Positions 19,264 through 27,892 of a DNA stretch of 64,000 nucleotides are shown in pieces (position 1 is the stretch's first letter; each line of letters starts with the position of its first letter). The stretch lies in assembly GCA_017624735.1 (NCBI GenBank), contig JAGAMK010000027.1, positions 9,280 to 73,279 on the forward strand, given 5' to 3'. The notes under the pieces were generated by a model. It was not told the DNA's origin. It saw only the letters and a list, made by a program, of their open reading frames with translations, and did no database searches. Position numbers and translations under genes: made by a program. The stretch is from Clostridia bacterium. GTDB lineage: Bacteria > Bacillota > Clostridia > Oscillospirales > Acutalibacteraceae.

Positions 19264-20089
19264 TCGTGTAGAAACATTGATTCCAAAACTTGGTGTTATT
19301 ACTGATGTTCGCATTGACACTCCCGACATTAAGACTTTTAGAGTTGTAACACCTGATGGTAAAAAAGCATTCGACCACAGACCAGGTCAGTGTGCAATGC
19401 TTTCAATCCCCGGTGTTGGTGAGGCTATGTTCTCTATTACATCCTCTCCTACAAACGAAGAATTCATGGAATTCTCAATCAAAAAATGTGGCTGTGTAAC
19501 AGATTGGTTACATCAGGCAGAAGTTGGTCAGCAGATTACAATAAGAGGACCTTATGGTAATCCATTCCCTGTTGATGATGTGTTTGCAGGAAAAGACCTT
19601 CTCTTTATTGCTGGTGGTGTTGGTTTAGCACCTCTTCGTTCAGTAATTAACTATTGTCGTCATTATCGTGACCGTTATGGCAAGATTGATATTGTTTATG
19701 GGTCAAGAAGTAAAGACGATTTGCTTGACTATCAGGAAATTATCAACGAATGGTCAACTGATGCAGGTGTTAATGTTCACCTTACAATCGACAATCCTCA
19801 GGAAGGTTGGGATGGTCACGTTGGTTTCGTTCCTAACTATGTTAAGGAATTAGGCTTTGATACAAATAAGGTTGCAGTTTTGTGTGGACCTCCAATCATG
19901 ATTAAGTTCACATTGGAAGGACTTTGTGCAATTGGATTCGAAAAGACAAACATTTACACAACTCTTGAATTGAGAATGAAATGCGGAGTTGGTAAATGCG
20001 GAAGATGTAATGTTGGTGCTAAATATGTTTGCAAAGACGGTCCTGTTTTCCGTTGCGACGAATTAGACGAACTTCCGGCAGAATATTAA
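19256..20089 (+). CDS. flxA: FlxA-like FAD/NAD(P)H-binding oxidoreductase with C-terminal [2Fe-2S] (PyrK/AsrB fold)
   Basis: FNR-like RPGQCAML...FSITSSP and GGVGLAPL motifs. C-terminal CGVGKCGRCNVG...C. Confidence 0.75.
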   Translation: MNNRVETLIPKLGVITDVRIDTPDIKTFRVVTPDGKKAFDHRPGQCAMLSIPGVGEAMFSITSSPTNEEFMEFSIKKCGCVTDWLHQAEVGQQITIRGPYGNPFPVDDVFAGKDLLFIAGGVGLAPLRSVINYCRHYRDRYGKIDIVYGSRSKDDLLDYQEIINEWSTDAGVNVHLTIDNPQEGWDGHVGFVPNYVKELGFDTNKVAVLCGPPIMIKFTLEGLCAIGFEKTNIYTTLELRMKCGVGKCGRCNVGAKYVCKDGPVFRCDELDELPAEY

Positions 20090-20103
20090 TGGAGGAGAAT
20101 ATC

Positions 20104-20778
20104 ATGGAAAAAATGGTTAATATATTCCTTTTCGGCAAAAAATACGAAGTGCCGGAAAATTTAACAATTATGACCGCTATGGAATATGCCGGTTATCAGC
20201 TTGTTCGTGGTTGCGGTTGTAGAAACGGTTTCTGTGGCGCTTGTGCAACAATTTATCGTATTAAGGGCGACAAAGAACTTAAAGCATGTCTTGCTTGCCA
20301 GACAAAGGTTGAAGATAATATGTATATTGCTACATTGCCTTTCTTCCCACTTGTTAAGCAGGTTTATGACATTGAAAAAGTGCCTGTAAATGAAACAGTT
20401 ATGATGCAACTCTATCCTGAAATTTACTCATGTATCGGTTGTAATGCTTGTACAAAGAGTTGCACTCAAGACCTTAATGTAATGCAGTATATCGCTTATG
20501 CACAACGCGGCGATTTTGAAAAATGTGCTGAAGAATCATTTGACTGCGTTATGTGTGGTGTTTGTTCATCAAGATGTCCTGCTGGTATTTCTCATCCACA
20601 GGTTGCAATGCTCGCAAGAAGAATTAATGGTAAATATCTTGCTCCTGGTTGCGGTCACCTTGAAGACAGAGTTAAGGAAATCAAAAATGGTGATTTCAAC
20701 GAATTGATTGAAGCTCTTATGCAGAAACCAATTGAAGAGATGAAAGAACTTTATAACACACGTGAAATCGAGAAGTAA
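20104..20778 (+). CDS. SdhB/FrdB-like iron-sulfur subunit (2Fe-2S plus two 4Fe-4S-type motifs)
   Basis: CGCRNGFCGACAT...C, then CIGCNACTKSC and CVMCGVCSSRCP. ATG 20104 is preceded by ggaggag. The track start at 20029 overlaps flxA and is unsupported. Confidence 0.75.
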   Translation: MEKMVNIFLFGKKYEVPENLTIMTAMEYAGYQLVRGCGCRNGFCGACATIYRIKGDKELKACLACQTKVEDNMYIATLPFFPLVKQVYDIEKVPVNETVMMQLYPEIYSCIGCNACTKSCTQDLNVMQYIAYAQRGDFEKCAEESFDCVMCGVCSSRCPAGISHPQVAMLARRINGKYLAPGCGHLEDRVKEIKNGDFNELIEALMQKPIEEMKELYNTREIEK

Positions 20779-20793
20779 GGAGGAAAGTAGTAT

Positions 20794-22392
20794 ATGTATT
20801 CAGAAAGATTTCAGAAATCAATTGCTGCAGTTGAAGCAGCAAGAGAAAAGAATATTGCTTTAGAGCCACAGCGTATGACAGCTCAGCAAAAAGAAGACTT
20901 ACTTGCAACTTTCCATCCTGACTATAAAAAAGATGAATTTGCAGTATTAAAAATCGGTGCTAATAAAGGTGATAAAGTTCCAACAGAATTAGCAGAAATG
21001 CTTCAGGCTCACAGCCGTATTACTGCTGACAGTGTTGACCTTTCAAACCCTGATTATGAAACAGATGTTCTTATTATCGGTGGTGGCGGTGCAGGTGCAT
21101 CTGCAGCTATTGAAGCAAATGAAACTGGCGCAGATGTTATGATTGTAACAAAACTCAGAATAGGTGATGCTAACACAATGATGGCTGAAGGTGGTATTCA
21201 GGCTGCAGATAAGCCAAACGATTCACCGGCAATACACTTTGTTGATGCTTTCGGTGGCGGACACTTTGCTGCTAAGAAAGAACTTCTTTCAAAGCTTGTT
21301 TGCGATGCTCCTGAAGCAATTCAGTGGCTTAGCAATCTTGGTGTTGAATTCGACAAAGATGCTGACGGCACAATGGTTACAACTCATGGTGGTGGCACTT
21401 CACGTAAACGCATGCACGCTGCTAAGGATTATTCAGGTGCAGAAATCATGAGAACTCTTCGTGATGAAGTATTCAATCGTCAGATTCCTGTAGTTGATTT
21501 CACAGCTGCAATCGAACTCATTATGGACGAAAACGGCAACGCTGCCGGTGCAGTTCTTATGAATATGGAAACAAAAGAACTTCTTGTTGCTAAGGCAAAG
21601 ACAGTTATCATTGCAACAGGTGGTGCAGGTCGTATGCACTATCAGGGCTTCCCTACATCAAACCACTATGGTGCAACTGCTGACGGTCTTGTACTTGGTT
21701 ACAGAGTAGGTGCAAAGCTTCTTTATGCTGAAACACTTCAGTACCATCCAACAGGTGTTGCATATCCGGAACAGATTTTTGGTGCTCTTGTTACTGAAAA
21801 AGTACGTTCACTTGGTGCAAAACTTGTTAACGTTAACGGTGATGTATTTATGCATCCTCTCGAAACACGTGACGTTGCTGCTGCTTCAATTATCCGTGAA
21901 TGTTCAGAACGTGGCACTGGTGTTGACACCGGAGATGGTCAAGGCGTTTGGCTTGACACTCCGATGATTGAAAAAATTGGTGGCGAAGGCACAATTATGA
22001 AGAGAATTCCTGCTATGTGGAGAATGTTTGACAAGTATGGCATTGATATTCGCAAAGAGCCAATTCTCGTTTACCCAACATTACACTATCAGAACGGAGG
22101 TCTTGATATCACTCCTGACTGTATGACAACAAATGTTGAAAACTTGTTTGTTGCTGGTGAGGCTGTTGGCGGTATCCACGGCAGAAACAGACTTATGGGT
22201 AACTCATTGCTTGATATTATCGTGTTCGGTAGAAGCGCAGGTCAAAATGCTGCTGCTAAAGCAAAGAATGTTACCGTAGGCGAGCTTACACTTAAGCACA
22301 TTGAAAAATTTGAAAATGAAATCGCAGAAGCTGGAATTGATACAGATAAAGTATCACCAAAACTTTTGCCTGATTACACAAACAAAAGATAA
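20794..22392 (+). CDS. SdhA/FrdA-family FAD flavoprotein (soluble fumarate reductase-like)
   Basis: DVLIIGGGGAGASAA FAD fold, plus QYHPTG and LHYQNGG motifs. Asn occupies the position of the covalent-FAD His (DANTMMAEGG versus RSHTVSAQGG). Confidence 0.75.
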   Translation: MYSERFQKSIAAVEAAREKNIALEPQRMTAQQKEDLLATFHPDYKKDEFAVLKIGANKGDKVPTELAEMLQAHSRITADSVDLSNPDYETDVLIIGGGGAGASAAIEANETGADVMIVTKLRIGDANTMMAEGGIQAADKPNDSPAIHFVDAFGGGHFAAKKELLSKLVCDAPEAIQWLSNLGVEFDKDADGTMVTTHGGGTSRKRMHAAKDYSGAEIMRTLRDEVFNRQIPVVDFTAAIELIMDENGNAAGAVLMNMETKELLVAKAKTVIIATGGAGRMHYQGFPTSNHYGATADGLVLGYRVGAKLLYAETLQYHPTGVAYPEQIFGALVTEKVRSLGAKLVNVNGDVFMHPLETRDVAAASIIRECSERGTGVDTGDGQGVWLDTPMIEKIGGEGTIMKRIPAMWRMFDKYGIDIRKEPILVYPTLHYQNGGLDITPDCMTTNVENLFVAGEAVGGIHGRNRLMGNSLLDIIVFGRSAGQNAAAKAKNVTVGELTLKHIEKFENEIAEAGIDTDKVSPKLLPDYTNKR

Positions 22393-22412
22393 GAAAAGAG
22401 GCAAATAGAATA

Positions 22413-23678
22413 ATGACTTTATTTGGTGGAGTTATTTCGGTTACGGGAATTTCCTTTTTAATGTTATGCGTTTTTGCGATACTCTTTGTTGGATATGCTC
22501 TCGGTAGAGTAACGATTAAGGGCGTTTCGTTAGGTGATGCAGGTGTTTTCGTTGTAGCATTATTATTTGGTGCACTTCTTTTCACACCACTTGAAAATCA
22601 ACTTGTAATTAAAGGCGAAATTGAAGTAGGATTTGCAGAAAAGGCACTTGAGATTATTGAAAGCCTTGGGTTGATTCTCTTTGTAACATCAGTTGGATTT
22701 ATTGCAGGACCTAAATTCTTTGGCAATATGAAAAAGAATTTTAAATCCTATGTCCTTTTAGGTCTTGTTATTATTCTTTCAGGTGGAATTGCAGCAGTAA
22801 CATGTATTTTCATCGGCAAGGGAATCGGTTTTGGTGCATCAATTGAAACACAAGAAGAATTTACTGCTATGATTACAGGTCTTCTTTCAGGTGCTCTTAC
22901 ATCAACACCGGCTTTCTCAGCAGCTAAAGAAAGTGTTGCCGCTGAACACGTTAGCCTTGTTTCGGTAGGCTATGGTATTGCATATATATTTGGTGTTATC
23001 GGTGTTGTTCTTTTTGTGCAGATTATGCCAAAAATCGTAAAAGCAGATATGGCTGTAGAACGAGCAAAACTCAGCACAGGTGATGATGGTACATCAAAGA
23101 AAAAAACCTTCAAGGGTAAACTTTTAGAACTTGATGACCACGGTGTTGCTGCTTTTGCACTTGCAGCTGTTATTGGTACTATGGTTGGTAAAGTGGCGGT
23201 TCCTCTCACAAGTAATGGACTTGACGGCACATGTTTCTCGCTTACAACAACAGGTGGTTGTCTTCTTACTGCATTAGTATTTGGTCACTTCGGCAGAATT
23301 GGAAAGTTGAGCATTATGCCATCACAGTCAACTCTTAAACTTTTCAGAGAGTTAGGTCTTGTGTTGTTCTTGTTGGGTGCAGGTGTTCCAGGCGGTGCAG
23401 ACTTTGTAAAATATTTTGACCCAATGTATTTCGTATATGGTATGATTATGACAATCTTGCCATTGATTATTGGTTATTTCTTCGCAAAATATGTTCTTAA
23501 ACTAAGCTTGCTTAACAGCCTTGGTTCACTTACAGGTGGTATGACAAGTACACCTGCTCTTGGAACCTTGATTTCAACAGCTGGAACAGAAGATGTGGCT
23601 GCTGCTTATGCTGCAACATATCCGATTGCACTTATTGCAGTTGTATTAGTTTCACAGCTTATAGTAATCGTATTCTGA
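22413..23678 (+). CDS. AAE-family (AspT/YidE/YbjL/SucE-like) permease, compact form
   Basis: Two homologous hydrophobic halves. GVSLGDAGVF motif near the N-terminus and GSLTGGMTSTPALG near the C-terminus, with a short hydrophilic linker. Confidence 0.65.
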   Translation: MTLFGGVISVTGISFLMLCVFAILFVGYALGRVTIKGVSLGDAGVFVVALLFGALLFTPLENQLVIKGEIEVGFAEKALEIIESLGLILFVTSVGFIAGPKFFGNMKKNFKSYVLLGLVIILSGGIAAVTCIFIGKGIGFGASIETQEEFTAMITGLLSGALTSTPAFSAAKESVAAEHVSLVSVGYGIAYIFGVIGVVLFVQIMPKIVKADMAVERAKLSTGDDGTSKKKTFKGKLLELDDHGVAAFALAAVIGTMVGKVAVPLTSNGLDGTCFSLTTTGGCLLTALVFGHFGRIGKLSIMPSQSTLKLFRELGLVLFLLGAGVPGGADFVKYFDPMYFVYGMIMTILPLIIGYFFAKYVLKLSLLNSLGSLTGGMTSTPALGTLISTAGTEDVAAAYAATYPIALIAVVLVSQLIVIVF

Positions 23679-23691
23679 TAAAAGAAAAAAT

Positions 23692-23727
23692 GACATCCTA
23701 TGGAATCTACCATGGGATGTCTTTTTT
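23692..23727 (+). terminator. Rho-independent terminator ending the long plus-strand cluster
   Basis: gacatcctatgg/ccatgggatgtc stem followed by tttttt. Confidence 0.75.
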
Positions 23728-23757
23728 ATAATGTAATTTAATTTGAATTTATACTAA

Positions 23758-24786
23758 TCAGAGCTTATCTGCAATATCAAAGATTAACTTTTCAGTTTTA
23801 TCCCATCCAAGACAAGGGTCTGTGATAGATTTACCATAGATGTGTTCTCCAATTCCTTGTGCTCCATCTTCGATATAACTTTCAATCATTAATCCCTTAA
23901 CTAATCGCTTGATGTCTCCGTTTTGATTTCGACTGTGAACAATATCTTTAGCAATACGAATCTGTTCAAGATATTTTTTGCCAGAATTGTTGTGGTTTGT
24001 GTCAACAATAACCGACGGGTTGGCAAGACCTGATTTTGCGTACATTTCACTTACTTGAATAAGGTCTTCATAATGGTAGTTTGAGACGCTCTTACCGGTA
24101 TAATCAATGTAACCACGTAAAATAGCGTGTGCCAAAGGGTTTCCTTCACTTGTGACTTCCCAACCACGATAAAGAAAGGTGTGGCTAGATTGTGCAGCAG
24201 TAATTGCATTCATCATAACACTAAGGTCTCCGCCTGTAGGGTTTTTCATACCTGCAGGAATGGCAAGTCCGCTTGCAGTCAGTCTGTGTTGTTGATTTTC
24301 TACTGAGCGAGCGCCAATGGCAACATAAGAAAGAAGGTCGGAAAGATAACGATGATTTTCAGGATAAAGCATTTCGTCAGCGCACGAGAAATCATAATCT
24401 CGTAATGCAGCTAAATGCAGTTCGCGAATTGCGACAATTCCCTTATACATATCGGGCTTGGCATCAGGGTCCGGCTGGTGAAGCATTCCTTTATATCCTT
24501 GGCCGGTTGTTCTTGGCTTGTTTGTATATATACGTGGAATAATGATGATTTTATCTGAAACCTGTTCTTCTACTTTACGAAGACGAGAAATGTAATCAAG
24601 TACAGGTTCGCTGTGGTCTGCAGAACATGGACCAATAACTAAAATGAATTTATCAGATGTTCCTTCAAATATTTTACTGATTTGCTCGTCACGCTCTGCT
24701 TTTACTTTAATCATTTTTTCTGTTACGGCATATTCTTTTTTTACTTCCTGTGGAATAGGAATCTTCCTTTGAAAATTCATACGCAT
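23758..24786 (-). CDS. 3-deoxy-7-phosphoheptulonate (DAHP) synthase, class I
   Basis: VIGPCS, KPRTT..GYKGM and IGARS.ENQ motifs. ATG 24786 lies 8 nt after gaggt. Alternative starts are TTG 24792 and ATG 24780. Confidence 0.9.
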   Translation of the reverse strand: MRMNFQRKIPIPQEVKKEYAVTEKMIKVKAERDEQISKIFEGTSDKFILVIGPCSADHSEPVLDYISRLRKVEEQVSDKIIIIPRIYTNKPRTTGQGYKGMLHQPDPDAKPDMYKGIVAIRELHLAALRDYDFSCADEMLYPENHRYLSDLLSYVAIGARSVENQQHRLTASGLAIPAGMKNPTGGDLSVMMNAITAAQSSHTFLYRGWEVTSEGNPLAHAILRGYIDYTGKSVSNYHYEDLIQVSEMYAKSGLANPSVIVDTNHNNSGKKYLEQIRIAKDIVHSRNQNGDIKRLVKGLMIESYIEDGAQGIGEHIYGKSITDPCLGWDKTEKLIFDIADKL

Positions 24787-24827
24787 ATACAATTACCTCT
24801 ACTTTCTTTTTAAGCATATGTTTGCCG

Positions 24828-24879
24828 TTGAAAATAAAAATTCCGCATATGTTTAATGCAAAAGCATAACATTTGCGGA
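24828..24879 (-). terminator. Leader terminator (attenuator) between the leader peptide and DAHP synthase
   Basis: The minus strand reads tccgcaaatgttatgc-tttt-gcattaaacatatgcgga followed by atttttatttt, about 45 nt before the DAHP synthase start. Confidence 0.65.
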
Positions 24880-24905
24880 CTGTCTGTTATATTCAACCCA
24901 AAGAT

Positions 24906-24983
24906 TTATTCTTTGGATATCACAAAAGATGGGCAGCCCTTTTTAGAATAATAAAAGTAATAAAAGAATATATTATTTTTCAT
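24906..24983 (-). CDS. Candidate leader peptide MKNNIFFYYFYYSKKGCPSFVISKE (aromatic-codon run)
   Basis: My manual reverse-complement translation. GGAGG lies 8 nt upstream of the ATG. Seven consecutive Phe/Tyr codons (FFYYFYY). The stop sits in a ccaaaga/tctttgg hairpin. Confidence 0.6.
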   Translation of the reverse strand: MKNNIFFYYFYYSKKGCPSFVISKE

Positions 24984-25015
24984 TATTGCTACCTCCGTTG
25001 TGATTTAATATGTTC

Positions 25016-25044
25016 ACTATATCATGTTAAAGCGATAAAGTCAA
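25016..25044 (-). promoter_or_regulatory. Candidate promoter for the leader-DAHP synthase transcript (TTGACT-17 nt-TGATATAGT)
   Basis: The reverse complement reads ttgact ttatcgctttaacatga tatagt, about 25 nt upstream of the leader RBS. Confidence 0.5.
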
Positions 25045-25197
25045 TACCTTTTTAATATCTTTTGACGGATTGTTGAAGCTATTATATACTTTGTATTGCT
25101 TTTAATTTTATTTGAGTTATAATTATTTTAATGATACAATTAAAGTGTTAAGTATTTAGATTATTATCAAAGTGTAAATTGAAAGGAGAAATACGCT

Positions 25198-26457
25198 GTG
25201 GCAAAAGAGAAAAATAAGAAGTTAAAAAAGGGCTTAATCATTTTCATTTCTGTTGTTATGGTAATTGCAATTGTAATAACAGGTGTTAATGTTTTATCGG
25301 TTCAGAATCTTTTGAAAAAGGGAGCTGCGTATAATAAAGTTGAAATTGAAAATCAGCTTGTTCCCGAAAAGGATGAAAACGGAAACTGGTATTTTACTAC
25401 CGATAGTGATTTCAAGGTAATGCACCTTACCGATATTCATATCGGCGGCGGATTTCTTTCAAAAACTGTGGATGAAAAAGCTCTTAATGCAGTTGCAGCT
25501 ATGGTGACAAAAGAAAAACCTGACCTTGTTATTGCAACAGGAGATATTACCTTCCCCGTGCCTTACAGGGCAGGAACATTCAATAATCATAGCGGGATAA
25601 AGGCATTTGCAAATCTTATGGAAAGCCTTGGTGTTTATTGGGACGTTACCTTCGGTAATCATGATGCAGAGGCATATTCATATTTTGACAGAGAAGCCGT
25701 TGCAGAGTTTTATGAAAACGAAGATTATAAGTATTGTTTGTTCCAGGCAGGTCCTGAAGATGTTGACGGTTATGGAAACCACACCATTGAAGTTAAAAAT
25801 TCAAAGGGTATTATTACTCAGGCGATAATTTTAATTGATTCTCAGGCATATATTGAAGACAACATCATTGAAAGCATTAAGGGGACATATGATAACATTC
25901 ACCCTAATCAGGTTGAGTGGTATGAGTCAGAAATCAAGAGAATGAATGCTGAAAATGAAAAAATCAATAAAGATGCAACACCGGTTAAATCGCTTGCATT
26001 CTTCCATATTCCTCTTGTTGAAATGGACGATGCATGGACTGAATTTAAGAATAACGGATATAATGACACAGACAACTTTAAGTATACTGAAGGTATAATC
26101 GGTGAACTTGGCAGACAGGTTTGTTGCGGGTACGGTGAAGACGATATGTTTGAAAAGATGCAGGAACTCGACTCAACAAAGGCAATGTTCAATGGTCACG
26201 ACCATGTTAACAATACAACCTTTGAATATAAGGGAATCACTTTTAGTTACGGTTACAGTATTGACTACTTTGCATATTCTGGTATTGATAAACTCGGCTC
26301 ACAGAGAGGATGCACAATGATTACCTGTAAGCCTGATACAAGTTTTACCATTGATAAATACAACTACTATTCCGACAGATATGACCTCGAAGGCTTCAGT
26401 CGAGAAGAAGTAACAATGCAGTTTGAAGATATTACAAATCAGGTTATACCTGAATAA
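25198..26457 (+). CDS. Membrane-anchored calcineurin-like metallophosphoesterase
   Basis: GTG start after aaaggaga, with an N-terminal TM helix. Motifs HLTDIHIGG, GDITF, GNHD, FFHIP and GHDH. Confidence 0.8.
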   Translation: MAKEKNKKLKKGLIIFISVVMVIAIVITGVNVLSVQNLLKKGAAYNKVEIENQLVPEKDENGNWYFTTDSDFKVMHLTDIHIGGGFLSKTVDEKALNAVAAMVTKEKPDLVIATGDITFPVPYRAGTFNNHSGIKAFANLMESLGVYWDVTFGNHDAEAYSYFDREAVAEFYENEDYKYCLFQAGPEDVDGYGNHTIEVKNSKGIITQAIILIDSQAYIEDNIIESIKGTYDNIHPNQVEWYESEIKRMNAENEKINKDATPVKSLAFFHIPLVEMDDAWTEFKNNGYNDTDNFKYTEGIIGELGRQVCCGYGEDDMFEKMQELDSTKAMFNGHDHVNNTTFEYKGITFSYGYSIDYFAYSGIDKLGSQRGCTMITCKPDTSFTIDKYNYYSDRYDLEGFSREEVTMQFEDITNQVIPE

Positions 26458-26496
26458 AAATCCTATATATCTTTTGTGCAAAAGGAATGATAAGGT

Positions 26497-27891
26497 ATGG
26501 TTAAAGATAAATTGAGTAAAAAGAATTGGTTTATAATTACCATGTTCTGCTTTATGGGTGGTATTGCTTGGAATACTGAAAATATGTATTTCAACACTTT
26601 TATCACCAATGAAATATATGCCGATGTGTCACAGGTGGCAATTCTCGGTTCTATGGAAGCAACAACAGCGGTAGCACGTATGGTGGCTCTTTCTGCTATT
26701 GCAGCGGTGATTACAACATTTATAATGGGTGCCCTCAGCGATAAACTGAAAAATCGTAAGATGTTTATTTCTGTGGGTTACATATTATGGGGTATTGTTA
26801 CTGCTATGTTTGGTTTCATCACAAAAGAAAATGTAGCAAACCTTTTTAACCTTACGGATGAAGCAAAAATTCTCGGCACAACGGTCTGGTTTGTTATTCT
26901 TATGGATATTGTTATGACCTTTATGGGCTCAACCAGTAACGACGCCGCTTTTCAGGCTTGGGTAACTGATATTACTGTACCAAAACAACGCCCAATTGTT
27001 GAAACTGTGTTATCCGTTGTAGGTACTATATCTTCATTTGCAGTAACCGGTGTGGGCAGTTTTGCTCAGGCAGGGACCATTACATACAAAGTATTTTTCA
27101 TAGGGCTTGGTCTTGTAGTTACTTTATGTGGTGTGTTGGGATTATTCCTTATTAAAGACCCGCCTCGCACACAACAAATTAAAACCTCTTCTAATTATTG
27201 GGCTGACCTTTTATATGGTTTTAGACCATCCGTTATTAAAGAAAATTCAAGACTTTATCTTGCTCTCCTCTCATTCTGTTTTGCAATTATTGCATTCCAG
27301 GTTTTCTATCCGTATCTTCTTACTTATGTCCAGTATGTAGTTATTCCTGATAATGGGGGTATAGAAAACATTCTTAAACCATCTGTTATTATAACTGCTG
27401 TGGTTGTTATAGCAATACTTCTCTTCTGCATCGTAAAGCTTCTCAAACTTTCAACAGAGAAAAAGGGTTTCTGTCTTGTAGTTGGTGTTATTGCAATGAC
27501 ATTGGGATTCTTGCTTCTTTCAACAAGCACAAATATTTATGTTATTCTCGTAAGCGTATTGCCCGTGGTTGTTGGTAATGCTATGGTCAACATTCTCTTT
27601 GGTGCTGCTGTCAAGGACTTTATTCCTGAAGGCAAAGCAGGCCTTTTCCAAGGTATAAGAATGATTTTTGCCGTACTTCTGCCGATGGTTATAGGCCCTG
27701 TTATTGGTGATATGGCTTGTCAAGCTGCTGCACAGACTATCATAAATGAAGCAAATGCAGAAGTAATAGTACCCGCAAAATATATGTTCCTTTGGGCAGG
27801 TGTGGTAAGTATATTAGCACTCATTCCGCTTTATTTTCTTATTAAAAAAGGCTTTGCTATTGAAGAAAAGAAGAATGTTGAGGTAGCATAA
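26497..27891 (+). CDS. MFS-type transporter (possibly glycoside/oligosaccharide)
   Basis: 464 aa with about 12 hydrophobic segments. Followed 1 nt later by a glycosidase-like gene. Confidence 0.6.
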   Translation: MVKDKLSKKNWFIITMFCFMGGIAWNTENMYFNTFITNEIYADVSQVAILGSMEATTAVARMVALSAIAAVITTFIMGALSDKLKNRKMFISVGYILWGIVTAMFGFITKENVANLFNLTDEAKILGTTVWFVILMDIVMTFMGSTSNDAAFQAWVTDITVPKQRPIVETVLSVVGTISSFAVTGVGSFAQAGTITYKVFFIGLGLVVTLCGVLGLFLIKDPPRTQQIKTSSNYWADLLYGFRPSVIKENSRLYLALLSFCFAIIAFQVFYPYLLTYVQYVVIPDNGGIENILKPSVIITAVVVIAILLFCIVKLLKLSTEKKGFCLVVGVIAMTLGFLLLSTSTNIYVILVSVLPVVVGNAMVNILFGAAVKDFIPEGKAGLFQGIRMIFAVLLPMVIGPVIGDMACQAAAQTIINEANAEVIVPAKYMFLWAGVVSILALIPLYFLIKKGFAIEEKKNVEVA

Positions 27892-27892
27892 T

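Noticed and set aside
24787-25010. T-box riboswitch as the DAHP synthase leader
   Set aside because: I could not find the conserved T-box core (GGUGG-ACC-type block) or a specifier-loop architecture. The short ORF with seven aromatic codons gives a simpler explanation. A covariance-model scan is still needed.
24873-25055. 60-aa plus-strand ORF in the DAHP synthase upstream region
   Set aside because: It has no RBS, and the region is better explained on the minus strand by promoter, leader peptide and terminator.
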